DNA from: Lama glama
Taxonomy: Eukaryota
Direction of reading: 5' to 3'
Length of the DNA: 64,000 bases
NCBI GenBank assembly: GCA_028534125.1
Contig: CM052816.1
Location: 40,612,001-40,676,000 of the forward strand
Shown here: in pieces, positions 51,001 to 63,964 of the stretch
Layout: each line of letters opens with the position of its first letter
Position numbering within the stretch: position 1 is the first letter of the stretch
Notes under the pieces: generated by a model
Told to the model about the DNA's origin: nothing
Databases searched by the model: none
Seen by the model: the letters and a program-made list of their open reading frames with translations, nothing else
Translations under genes and position numbers: made by a program

Positions 51001-51982
51001 CATTTGTGGCTGCCCCGGATTCAATGACATGTCATGACATGGTCTGAGCAGGGCTGGAACATTACTCAGCTTGGGCTGGAGTACCCAGCAAGGTGGTCAT
51101 GGAAAACTGGGCAGCCAGTAGAGCGAACCTCTCTTTTCCCTGTCTGAGAGGCAAAACCCCTTTGTCTCTCACAGCGGATCACCCTCTCCAGCCTCCACTG
51201 CTCCCGCCCTGTGGTGGCAATGCTCTGCAGGGGAGGCGGGGCCCGAGTGGTTTCTCAGTGTGTATGGGGGATGGTGAGCCATGCAGCAGCATCTGTCATC
51301 AGAAATCTGGGCTGCTTCTGGGCCACTGCTTGAGCAATTGCCAGCAACGGCCACCACAGCCCTGCTGGGCTCCACCCCAGGACCAGGTTATCTCTCTGTC
51401 CCAAGGTCGAGATTTTTCCCCAAGTCCTGGCCACTCCAGATCCAGTGCAACACTGTGACATAGACTGAGCAGGGCTGAGGTATTTTCTTGTCTCAGGCTG
51501 GGGTGCTCAGCAAGATGGTCATGGAAAACCCAGAAGCTACTAGGGCAGACCTGTCTGCCCTGCTTTGGGGGTAAGTCAGTGTGGATGCATGTGCTCCTCA
51601 GGAGCGGAGTCCAGGTGCCCCCAGCCTTCCTGTCTGTCCCTGAGGTCCTTCGACCAGCCAAGGGGGCTTGTCTCCTCCACCTAGGACCCTGGCTCACCCA
51701 GTCTGTGGCTTGACCTACTCCCTCCTCAGGGTGGGTTTCTGCTGGTGCAATCTCCCTTTTCCTCTAAGTCTCCTCCCAGGGGCACAGTTCCCAACCTGAC
51801 CAGTTTTCTACCCTTTCTACAATTGCATATCTTTCTTACAGTCTTAGTTGTACAGAAGTCCTTCTGCCAGTTTCTAGTTGGTTTTCAGTGAGAATCGCTC
51901 CACATACAGATGTATTTTCAATGTGTTGGTGAGAGGACGTGAGCTTTATGTCCTCTTACTCTGCCATCTTGATCTCCTTCTC
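48055..51982 (-). mobile_element. L1 with both termini but internally deleted (5'UTR, ORF1, part of inter-ORF, ORF2 3' part, 3'UTR)
   Basis: The 5' end carries the YY1-like CAAGATGGC (gccatcttg at 51963). GC-rich 5'UTR at about 50570-51982 and antisense ORF1 at about 49640-50550. ORF2 resumes at 49328 (IWNHKRSQIAK), with the 3'UTR and T-tail at about 48055. Confidence 0.9.
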
Positions 51983-54900
51983 AGGGTTTGAAAACATGGG
52001 CCCTAAGAGTATTTGTAGGTAAATCAAAGGCTCTCAGAACTTCTGTCCTTTGGATTGAAAATGGCAAATATTGACTAAAATAAACAAAAAGCAAAAAAGC
52101 TAACTTAAATATATACTATTCAAAAATTCTAATAAATATATATATAGAGAGAGAAATAAGCTTTAAATTGATTTTTGGAAATTTATAACATTTATCTAAA
52201 GTTAATCAACCTGAAAGTTTATAAACACACTAAGACATGGGAAAATCTGTATTAAAAACAAAACAAAGCAAACAAACAGACTGGATGGATATTGTATATT
52301 AACAGCAACAATAAAAAGACTAAACATGCTAACTTAAATATCATTCTTCCTTCATTTTTACTATAATAATCAACACAAGTTGGAAACACTGGTTACTGGG
52401 TGTTTTCTTTTTATTGACGATATTTGAAAAATATTGTGTAGTAAATGCTATACTTTTGGTAAATTTTTCAAAGCTTGAGATCCATGAGGTGTTAATTCAA
52501 GATGACCTTGATAGTTTAAGTGTTGAAATGACTAAAACAGGCAACAAATAACATCCATATTCTGATGGAGCATACATTTCTTATAAGTCTATTTTAAATT
52601 ATCTGCTATTTAAAAAGCTCACTGTTTACCTTTACCTTTAAAGTGCATATGTACCTTGTTAAACACTGTGTCAGCAATTGGTATTTACTAATATGAGTCA
52701 CTCTGTGGCCCTAAAGGCTGAACCTGATCGATGCGTCCTCTGTAAACAAGACAAGGCTATCAGTCATCTTATTGGACGTCTATATTGGCTTCTTGTATTA
52801 CAGCCAGATGTACAGCCTACTAATGGGAGAAAGAGGGCATAAATTACTGGGTAATGTTAATGTTTGTGAACTATCCAATTTAGAGCTGTAAGTTGAAGTC
52901 CTGAGACACTGAGGCTAAATGCCGCCTCTTCAGGTTCTGATTAGAGGGACCACCATAGTGTTTTACTTATTTTGCCTTCTGCAGTTACCACTTTGTTGGT
53001 GTGAAGTTTGTCTTTTAATCTGCTTAAAAAATCCATCTACTCTCTGAAAGCTCTTCAAGCTATGGTGCTCTCTAAAGCCTGAATCGTCTTGATCTATAGC
53101 CCTTTGTGCCAGGAACATTTGTTTACATGCCATGCACACGTCTTTGAGGTATTAACAATGAGAACCCGTTATCTATCCTAGCTGTCAAAGTAAAGAGGTG
53201 GGGTGGAGTGATGGAAGTTGTTGAGGACACAATTTGGAAGAAAGGGAACAGTAATAAACTAACACATTGTTATCTTTTTCCTCTTTGACTCCATGTACCT
53301 TAATCCACAAAGGCCAGTTCCTATCCTTCCATTGTTCCCATTACTTCATTACTTGCCTCTCTCCCACACTCCTCCTCTTATAAAATGTTTCATCTTAACC
53401 TCAGCATAAACATCCCTCTCCAGCAATTCGAAATAAAATACTGGATATCTAACTTCATTCATACTTCCTTTTATCCTATTGAGGGAAAGACATATTTATG
53501 TTTCTTCTTGAGAAACTCGAAAACAAAGGCGTAGGATTTCATAGTTAATTCACCAGATGCCAAAAAGTTTCTGTGAAATTTTAACACAAATACAATTAGT
53601 CTAATAAATAAGCTGTTGTCCTAGGTAGGTACCGTGAAGCTAGGCACACAGTGGAGTGTTGATTTTTATTTTATTCCTTTTGATTAAAAATAAATCAAGT
53701 TTTTTGTTTAAAAAAAAACTATTTTTCAAAGAATAATATTTTTCCTGGAGATCAGATTTCCAGAAAGGATTCCTTCTTTCCTATCCCATGGTACAAACTG
53801 ACAAAATGATTTTTATTCTGCTCTAAACTACCTCTTTATTGAATTTGGCTTATTACTGTCTTTTGATCTATCTGCTGTGAATACTAGGATCTCAATACAT
53901 AAGTTAAATGCAAACACTTAAATTTATTCTACCATTTTTACACACAGTCATGTACACACACATGTATGAGTAAATTTTAAATTTTTTGCAGTCTATATAC
54001 ATCATGGGTCTTCTGGGATATACCTCATGCCTGATAAATGAACAAAAACTATTTGTTGAATGGATATATATATTTAAATATCAATTCTAGTCATTTCAGT
54101 AGAAACCTGGTTTAATTACTTGTAAATAATAGTCTCAGTCAATACTGTGTAGAACAAAAGTAAGTTATTCCTTATTTTTTTGGCTTATACTTATAGACAA
54201 GATATCAGAGAAATGCATGTTTAACAAAATATAGAACTTCCATGGTAATTAGATATTTTCTTAACTTTTCTCATATTCCTTATGTACTATAATTCTTTTC
54301 AAAATGACTTGAAAAGTAAAAAAACATTCAAATGCATTTAAATAAATATTTTACATAACTCTGTAAGTGAAAAAACATTAATGGGTTTGCTTAAAAAATA
54401 ACACTGCTCATATCAGTCTTATCTTTCCTTTAATGCTGTCAAAGATGACTTAGCTTCAATTAACATTGCACTTTTGACTCAGAACTTGTCAAACATTTCA
54501 TTTCATCATCTCTGAACTTGCCCCAAGACACAGACAGAGAAATAGGCAGCAATAATCATTAAACATGAAAAGTGGCACATTTCCCTGTAAATAGCAGAAT
54601 GGCATAGGGTAATGGGCAGGAGCAAGCAAGTAAGTGGATAAATATATTGACAGTTTGCTTTTAGCGAATCAACATTCTTCAGCATTTGCTAGCAAGTACT
54701 GGGCGCTGTGACAGAAGAATGACCTAGCAGATGGATTCCCACTTCCTTTTATAAACCAGAATACAATGAATGAAATAAGAGAAATATGTGTGGCGTTAAA
54801 AAGGCAGGTGCTCGACTTTAGAGACTAAATGGATCATGTTTAGCTGTTAGGAAAAACGGTATTTGCGTGAGGCAGGTACACTTCCTTAGAGATCCTTCAC

Positions 54901-55375
54901 GTGGAAATCTGAGCCCTGAGGATCCCCTTATACAAGATCTTGACAGTAAAGATTAGCAGCCTTAGTGCTTCTCATCCCAGGTAGGTAGAGCCGTGGTGAA
55001 AGCCTGCATCATGGGGAAGACTCCTCCACTGTTGGCCTGTTGATGCTCAGGTTTGTTTGTTCGGTGGTGCATCTTTAGGCTTATAAAGTCAAAGAAAATA
55101 TAAGTCAGACTCTGCAGACAAGGAAAATGTATCCCATCACATTTTGATACTTCCTAGCTGAGATATCTGAGAAATCTCAATCACAGGATGGGGGATCAGA
55201 CAGCATTATAAAATATTCTGTAGAATATTCTAATATTCCAGATGCAGCCTGGAATATTAACCACTTAAGTACTGGACTCATTTCTTGACTTCTTGCTGTC
55301 TCCACTATTTATTTTTGTAATGTACTGTTCATAATGTTAAATTTAAAAATTATGTAACATAAGCAGTTCATGCAA

Positions 55376-55417
55376 CTTGACACCAGAGTGTCTGATCTTG
55401 ACACCAGAGTGTCTGAT
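55376..55417. repeat. Perfect 21-bp tandem duplication
   Basis: CTTGACACCAGAGTGTCTGAT x2. Confidence 0.95.
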
Positions 55418-57044
55418 TCTTCCCAGTATGGATACTTTGCTCCAGTAGTCTCCTTAGTTGAAGCCAAGAGTAAGAATAATGATCAATATACCTGAAGTAG
55501 AATAAGTTGAAAAAAAAATGCACTATGGCTGTAGGCAGGAAAACTAAGTCATTTGAACTTAACTCCTATATGTAACACATGAGTAACCACACTTTGCAAA
55601 CAAAAATAGCCATTTTAGTCAAAATGAATAAACTCTTTGTGAGCTCCACTGTAACTTGGGCCCAGTGAATTAACAGTTCATTGAATTAAGGACATCCATG
55701 GTATGTAGTTTAATAAAATGGGAGATGAATATGTGAAAATAGGTAGTGGTAGAGCCAAATTTTCAAAATGTCTCATATGCCAGAATTTAAAATCGTAGAA
55801 AATCTGTCATTTTTCCTTTTTAACTTTTTTACCTTAATATTACTAAATCCATTCATATTCTTACACACCAATTATAAGCATCTTCCCTTCAGATAAGCTA
55901 ACTGTAGCATTAATTTTGATTTTAATAACAAATAAATTGTCATATTTTTGTAATATATTGAATATACTTAAAAAAACTTTATGTATCTCTACAGTGCAAG
56001 GCTGCATTTCTTGAAGATTGTTTAATGCTTTCTCATAAATTATAGACAAACTAATGAGCAACACCAGTCAGGGGTTTATCCAGTAATTCACATCGGCTTT
56101 TAAGATCGTATGTGAATGTAAAGGCTATTTCTGAACAACAGTTCTCACACAAAAATAATGTATTTGAAAGGCCTTTGCCAAATGGAATGCATTAATAGTG
56201 TATTTCTCTAGACCTTAAGAGCTCAGAAGTATTTCAGTCATAATCTTTAGTATATAACTTCCTAGTATATTTAGTGCATTTATAATGTTATACTGTACTG
56301 TCTTATTTTAAAATATGGAAGAATATGATGTACATAGCCACAGGACTTCATCTGCCATCCAGTCTAGAATTTAAAAACTGCTCTCTGCCCGTTGGGTTCT
56401 CCTCAACTTCTACAGATTGGCTCCTCTGAAACCACTATCTGAGCTTTCTGTTTATCACTCCTTTGCTTTAATATGTGTGTGTTTATAAATGTGTTTTATG
56501 GATAATGGGGCTCAAATTTACTGGATATAAGGGTTCTTAAGAAGTGGTCCTTCTCCTCAAGGAGATTACTATCCAGTTAAGTTTCTCAGTCCATGCAGTT
56601 CTCTTAAAAGTCTTAAAAGTCAATTAAAAAAAAAAAAAAGACCTCAGCAAACTACTATCCTGAGCATAGGTCAAATCTGTTCTCGTCCACATTATCATCC
56701 ACAGTATTCATCAACTTTTATTGAGCTCACTGGAGTGTAAATATGTTTTATTTATTTTATGCTATTAGAATATTAACCACATGTACAATTTTTCATTCAA
56801 CTTCTGGATCCTGGATATCTTACTCATATATTCTTTCTGATTCTTTGCTTGTTTCTGATTATATTTTTACCTGGCTGTATTCTCTGCCTCAGTGAGTTAA
56901 GTGGCTAGCATACTGTAAGTGCAATGAAGTTAAGTAATGAGTTATTTGACCTCTAGCCAGTATGGTTTGGTACCAGGAAAATATAGATATGTCTTTGTGG
57001 CATCATACTTAAGGTACTAGTGAAATTCGTACTTTTTTGAAATC

Positions 57045-57399
57045 CTAATCATATGTAGAAGGGAAGACTAGAGCGAGGCTAACCCTGAAGTTGGGAAAGC
57101 AGCAGGAGTCACTCATCTTGACTAGGGCTGGGGGTTATTTGGTAATTTTTGTGCTTAGGGGAATGTTCATGTTTTTGTCAGTTTTCAGACTTGGTTAGAC
57201 AATGGTTTTGTTTTTGTCTTGATCCATTATGTTCACAAAATATCCTAGTTTGATGATGGTGTTTTATGAAATTGTTCATGTCCAACAGAAGAACACCACA
57301 GTCTGGCCATGATTGCCTGGCCAGCTCCTTGCAATACCAGGGCTTAGTTGACAGTACTAAGCCAAATTGTGAATGTCAGTGATGCTTTTCTCTTTATCA
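57045..57399 (-). mobile_element. ERV1 LTR (MER67-like), 5' part
   Basis: The reverse complement begins tgataaagagaaaagcatcactgacat..gagctggccaggc..tggtgttcttctgttggacatgaacaatttca..atggatcaagacaaaaac. Confidence 0.7.
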
Positions 57400-57664
57400 T
57401 CCGTCTACTAAAACTTCATACAATTCCAGAACTACTGGTTGCTAACCCAGAAAGTCTGATACACACTGATCAAAACTGGAAATCAATTTTTAACAAATGC
57501 AACTGTTTTATTTCATAGTATTCAAAGTCAAATAATGGATATAAATAATAACCAGATGTTTCAAAATGAATACATATTGCAGCTGTGTTATTTGCAACAA
57601 AAGAGAAGTAAATGGGATATGATAACTTACAAAAAGGGAGGTTAGCTAACAAAGTCTAGAAAAT

Positions 57665-57985
57665 TACTAAAGGTTTCCCAAAAGAAGTTACACTTGATTT
57701 GAGATCTAAAGCATGAAGAAGAGTTAAAGAAGTCAACGGAGAAGGGAAGAGAGCTCCAGGAAGAGGGAATATATCTAAAAACATTCTGTTTCATGGTAGA
57801 GCATCCTGTGTACAAGAACTGAAATAAGGCTTTAGTAGCAAGATTGGAGAGAGAGTAGAATCTTGATGTGAGATGAAAAAGCAGTCTTAGATGGGGTCAA
57901 ATCATGCAGGGGCTTGTAAACCGCATTAAGTAATTTGATGTTCATTGTAAGTAGTGGGAAGATATCGACACACTGTAGGCAAGAT
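57665..57985 (-). mobile_element. L2 fragment
   Basis: tgagatctaaagcatgaagaagagtt..tccaggaagagggaa..ggggtcaaatcatgcaggggcttgtaaacc..tgggaag. Confidence 0.7.
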
Positions 57986-59849
57986 GTTAGCTAATGAGGT
58001 TAACATTTCTTGAAGTAACATTCTAATATATGTGTCATGTACTGCAGTTAGACAAATACTTATAAATAGGATGACCTCAACCATTGGAGAATGATTCTGA
58101 ATCTCTAAATCAAATAAAAAATTGTTAACTTTTGCTTAGGGTGTTGTGGTAATGGTTCTGTGATTCAGAAAGTGCTGGAAAAAAGACTGAAGTTCTCAGA
58201 GCACATCATAGTTTAACATACTTAATTAGGTTCTGTGCATTTCAGTTGAAAAGTTTCTCTTAGAGTCTAAGACAAACCAAAGGTAGTCTAAGGAAAAATG
58301 GGTGTACATTCTGTTAGCATCATTCCTTTCATAGGCGCTCTTGGTCTTTTGTTTTGTTTTCATCTTTTAAGTAAGACATCCTGTATTCTTTGTGATTGAC
58401 TTTATGTGGTCTGTCTTGGTCCCTGCAAACAGGAGCCATACTTTTATTGAGTTCAGAAATCTCAATAAGAATTGAATGTGCCTTCACTTCCGTTGTGCCC
58501 TTACTGATTCCTCTAGATGTGGAAAATCTTAGCCCATTCACTGAAGTCGATTTTAGTCATCTCTTATATGAGATGTTTTGAATATTTCTTGGTTGGAATA
58601 TAGGAGGTGCTGTATATGTATTTTGATCACTGAATGCCTGCCTGTTGTGGTTTTGATGATACATCTTGACTTCCAGAAGATATGTGTACCTGGTTATCAA
58701 TTACCTGTGTGATTTCTGACTTCGTTTACCCTTTAAATCGGGGACCTGGCTATGCTTTGATTTCACTACTGAACCTGAGCAGTGGTTGAACATTGATTTG
58801 CCCCGCTACAATGCTTTCATTTTCAACCCCATGGTGGCTACCTTGAGCTTGATTTACTCATTTCTCTGTGATCCACCAACTCAGATTTCTAATGTTACAG
58901 TCACTATTTTTCTGTCAAATGTTGTTCTCTTGTTTAGGTACTAACACTTAATTCAGGTCAATTATTACAGACATGGGAACTCCAGACAGTATTATAACGT
59001 TGGAGTTTTTAAAGCACTGATCTCTGAGTAACACTGAAATTAGGATTCTTGATTTCTATTTTTTTCTTCTATTACTTAGGTAAGTTGATTAGCCTTACTT
59101 GGCCTTGGTTTTTGAAGTGTGGATAATAATAAAAATGACATTAATAGTAACAATAATACTGAGGAGCATAGTCATAAAAATAAGTTATATAGATAAAAAA
59201 TTAAAAGCAATATGGCATTTTGAATGACCTGTCCTGAAAAGTATACCACATTCTAGGTAAAAATCAAATTGAATTCATAGTTTTTCAAATATTATCAATC
59301 ACTAACAATTTCATCAGATTTTAAAAGAAATATCTCACTTGACCAAAAGAAATGCTGAGTTTTTTTTATTTTACCTCTTTTGAGAAATGAAATAAACTAT
59401 TTTTTACAGTTAGTAATTGATCGCTTAAATATATATAAATATATTTTCCAATCCAAACAACATGTCAGTCTACCAAATTCTTTAGTAATCAAAATTGTTA
59501 AAAAATCAAACAAATGACTTGCCTAAGGGTGTCAAACTTTCAATCCAATAAGGCTTCTTATTTACCCACAATCACAAGACCTGTGGAATGCCTCGTAGGC
59601 TCTAATCCTCTAGTTGAGCCCTCTGATTTCACTTAAATCCTTTGGCTATAGTTGGGTCCATTCTCCTCAAGGATGTGTACTGGACTCCCGTTTTTGTCTG
59701 CTTAGCACTGAAAGAATGCCAAAAACTCTGCTTTGCTTTTCAGTGTCTTTCTGCTTATTTGGTGATGGCCTTGATATCCACCAATTTAAGTCTGGTTCAT
59801 TGTTCAGTAGGAAAACCAGCGAGTCTGTCCCATTTCTCTGTGCTGGCTC

Positions 59850-60412
59850 CCCCTATCTGTAGACTACTAGACCCCCTTCCCAAGGTTTGGGCATCCCTGA
59901 AGTCCATTTTCTGACTCTGACAAGCCAAGACTGGCCAATATCCATGGCCTCTCTTCATCTTAGTTATGACTCCTCACTTGGATTCTTAGTCCCTGGCACT
60001 GCAGCTAATAGATAAATGCCTTGAGGAAAACAGTGGCTCACTTTTTAGGTATCCTTTCTTTGGGGCCCTAACCCTTCAAACCCTAGTTCCCATAGAGGTA
60101 TATCAGTGCTTTCATTCATAAGTTATTTGTACAGTTGACCTTTTAAACAATGCTGGGGTTAGGGGGTAGGGGGCCTCCAGTCTCCAGATTGAAAAATCAC
60201 CTACAATTTATAGCATGCCCTTTGCACCCAGGGTTGCTCCACATTCACAGATTCAACCAACCTGAGATTATGTACTACAGTAGAAAAAAATCCACTCTAA
60301 GTGAACCCAAGCAGTTCAGACCTGTATTGTTCAAGGTTATCATCCAGCTTTCCTTATGTGATTTCAGTGGAAGGGTCAGCCATCACAAGTAAATCTGGAA
60401 ATCTGGAACAGC
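59850..60412 (-). mobile_element. Old HAL1/L1ME-like 5' region interrupted by a MITE
   Basis: aaatgccttgaggaaaacagtggctcac before the MITE and atccagcttt..tttcagtggaagggtc after it resemble the HAL1/L1ME 5' end. Confidence 0.45.
60132..60343. mobile_element. TcMar-Tigger MITE (MER8/Tigger2-like)
   Basis: TA-preceded terminal inverted repeat CAGTTGACCTTTTAAACAA and a degenerate right repeat TTGTTCAAGGTTA. Internal gattcaaccaacc motif. Confidence 0.8.
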
Positions 60413-61950
60413 AGTGTAATTATTCGCTTGGTTTTCTCTTCTTGCTTATATTTATCCTGTACCTTCTTTTTCCCTCCATTTTCTAAGCATACGGTATGGA
60501 GCAGGAGCTAAGAAGCACGCAAAACTATAAGAGATGTAATTAACAATTAAAAATGTCTAGTAACTCATGATTATTTCTGGGGTTGTATGCTGGCCTTAAA
60601 ATTTTTGTTATATTTCTCCATTTACAATTCTGTATCCTATGTGTTTTGAAGTTAACAATAGTGATCTCCATGCTTTGGTAAGCTACGTGGTCCCAACTTC
60701 CCCTCCAGCTTTCACTCTTTTCTCTGCATTTCTTTTTCATACAATTCTGTATAGACAGTATGTGTGAAAGCATTTTTAAAACTTTCTAGGCTAGAATTTA
60801 TGCAAATAAGTTAAAATCTATTTTTCATTTTTCATTTTCATCTCTTTCATTTTTTCCAGTAAAACACTCTTTAGTATACCTTTCTGAATTAAAATTGTAT
60901 AGAAAGGTTAAGATTCACACAAATTAAAGTACTTGGTAATGGTCCCAGATTCCTAATGTAGGTATATAAAGGGAATGCCACCATGGAAAATTTTAACTCT
61001 GCACACATAAGTGAAAAATACTCATGGTTATTTTAGTATCAATCCAGTCATATTTCACATATTTCAGTAGAATTTGCAAAAGAATACTTGCTTTTACCTA
61101 AAATATGAAAAGCAAAAAAACAAAAAAAACCCACCTGTTGCTTTGAGAGATAACAATTGATTCTGGAACTTGTTCACATAATGGTTGCTAAATTTGCCTA
61201 TTGATTTGGGAATATTATTTTATTAAATAAAAGGAAAAAGTTGAATTATTTGAACTGCACAAGTGTACACTAAAGTTAATGTCTGTCATCTGAAAAAAAT
61301 ACCCTTAACAACCATTAAATATCCTTAATTATGCTTAAGTCATATGTAAAAACATTATTTATTATATTCCATGGGATTATATGTAAGACATAGAATAGAC
61401 ATTACCAGATAAAAACATTGAAAGTGCTTTGACATTCCAGAGTATAGGTGGAGGGATGAACTTTTAAATTTAAATGATTTATAAATAGTAATGAAAATAT
61501 TTCACTAAAATACATTTCAATAAAATGGTATCACTAAAATACCATATATTAGATCAAATTTAATAATATAAAACACATATGGAAATGTGACCTCTGCTAC
61601 AGAGATTAAAATGTCACCAGAAATCACAGGATCAAGAATTTGTTACTTACGAGTGCAAAAAAATTTTTTTAAAGGAGCTTAAGACTTTTAGGAAAACTTT
61701 TGACACCCTTGTTCATAAAATGGTATTTCATAAAGTGACATTTCTATGGCTTAAGAAGGGGAACACATCTGATTTTAAATTATTTATCAGCTCAATATTT
61801 TAAATATTGCAGCCTCATTCCTCTTGTTAAAAATGTAGTATCTAATCCTGGACTGAATATTCTTTTTAATTTCCCATTTATTTTTTCCCTTTAAATATCA
61901 TTTATAGACAGAAACTGTGATATAATTTTGTCATTTGTAAGTGGTGAATT

Positions 61951-62000
61951 TTATGCCATGTAAATTACATTTAAATTATGCCATGAAAATTACATTTAAA
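61951..62000. repeat. 25-bp tandem duplication (1 mismatch) in an old L1 3'-tip remnant
   Basis: TTATGCCATG(T/A)AAATTACATTTAAA x2. Confidence 0.9.
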
Positions 62001-62934
62001 TAAAAATATGCTATTGTAACTAAGAGACTATAATTATCTATGATAGAAAGCCATTTTAATCTAATTTTGAATTAAATGAATGTTACATAATTTTACTTGA
62101 AATATTTCTTGATGTGTATATTTGATGTTTAAATATTCTAAAGCCCTTTTGAAAATTTAGAAAAGTGTAAAATCCACTTGATATGTAACTTAAAAAATTT
62201 AAAAGTTTCTTCTTTCATTACATTGTATTAATAGACTAATCAACGAGAAGTGTCATTTCTTGACTTTATTAAATTTCTCCTTACTTCATAAGAAATACAG
62301 GTTGGCCCACGCAGCATACATACTTTGCCTCATACAAATTCATAAGGTCTTTAAAGTGTTCCTTTGTGCTTTATTTTACAGGGAAATAATTCATTTGTTA
62401 ACTAGGACATTGATATCACATGCCCTTTTTAATTAGCTATGTCCTTTGAGGTGTTGAGTAATTTTACGAAACACAGGTACAGTCTGTCTACAAAGATTTT
62501 ACATGATTCTCATTCAGAAAATTGGGATAATTCTTGAGAGCTTCATAGAATCACATAGATTACTTACATGATACCATGTAGGCTAGAGTAACTCCAACTG
62601 TGCAAATGGAATGTTGAATAAAAGATAAATGTGAAGAGATAAAACCCTCTCCATTTGCAGTATATGACAAACTCCTGCCCTTTTAATCCCTGACCTAATG
62701 CAATGAATTCACTCTTATTTTAGTGATCGTATGGGAATGAGTTGAGGAAAATGGCAATCCTATTACTTCAAAAAAAAAAAAAAAGATGGTTTTTAATTGC
62801 TTTTCATTTTAATCTTAAACTCTCCACTTTTAAAATATTCAGAATTAAAAGTGATTCTATATGTACAATTAAAAATTAAAAAGGCAAATATCTGTCAAGT
62901 AGAAGACAATGTGTGTTAGTAGTATCTTATTGTG

Positions 62935-63955
62935 TTTGATGTTTAATTGAGCATACTGTACATACTGTACATAACTCAAAGAAGTTTTACTGTATATGTA
63001 GCATTGTAGCTATCACCAAAATCAATAAATAGAAAATTCCTCTGAGGTAACCATTATGAACAGCATATATTGAACTCTACAAGTGAAATTGGGTAGTATA
63101 TGTGCTTTGATTTTTTTGCTTTGTTGACTCAATCTTTTATCTGTGATATTCACACATTTTGCACCAGATGTCCCTATTCATTGCTACGTAGTTTTCCCTT
63201 ACATGAGTATACCACAATTCGTTTACACTTTTCATCATGGATGCTTATTTCCAGTTTGGTGCTATCATAAATAAACCTGCTGTGAACATTCTTGCATAAG
63301 TGCTTGGTTGGAGTTGGTTTTTCATGGGGTACAGCTTAGCTTTAGTTGCCACTGCCAAACATGTTTCAAAAGTGCTGGTACCAAGTGATACTTTCATCAC
63401 CAGTGTAACAATGTGACACACTTGATTCACTTCTCTCTACTACTTGTTACTCTAATTTTTATTCATTGTATCTTGTTCATTTGGGTGCAGTGGTATTATA
63501 GGAATTTGATTTTCTTTTCCTTGGCTAAGCATTTTTCATGTCCTTATTATCTAGTTAGCATCTTTTGCTAAGCATTTGTTCAGATTTTTTGCTGCTGTTA
63601 ACTGTTTTTTTACTGTTATATTTTGCTTATTTTTTAAAAATAGATTTTGGTTGCAGTCCCTTGAGACATATATGTGTATTAAAAGTTCTGGTTCAGCCTG
63701 TGGCTTGATTTTTTTGACCCTCTCAAGGATGTCTTAGGATGATTTGAGTCCCTTAATTTTAATGATACCTGACTGACCTTTCTTATTATTACTACCTATT
63801 GTGTTTTGTTTAAAATACATATTTCCTTAGTATAAAATCATGAAGCTTCTTTCTTTTTTTTTTTTTTTTTCTAGATGCTTTATTTTACTTTTAGGTCTAG
63901 GTCTATGTTACACCTGGACTTAGAAGGGTTTTTTTTGTCATTTAAATGTAAGGTG
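62935..63955 (-). mobile_element. Old L1 (L1ME-like) 3' region
   Basis: Minus-strand ORF ARMFTAGLFMIAPNWK is ORF2 C-terminus-like. Colinear antisense L1 motifs continue to about 63950. Confidence 0.75.
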
Positions 63956-63964
63956 ATGGTTATA

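Noticed and set aside
50570..51980. Host CpG-island promoter
   Set aside because: The region is GC-rich but CpG-decayed and is explained as an L1 5'UTR.
55376..55417. CRISPR-like repeat
   Set aside because: There are only two adjacent units with no spacers, in a mammalian context.
60154..60174. G-quadruplex or telomere-like motif
   Set aside because: It has only three G-runs and is part of the Tigger MITE.
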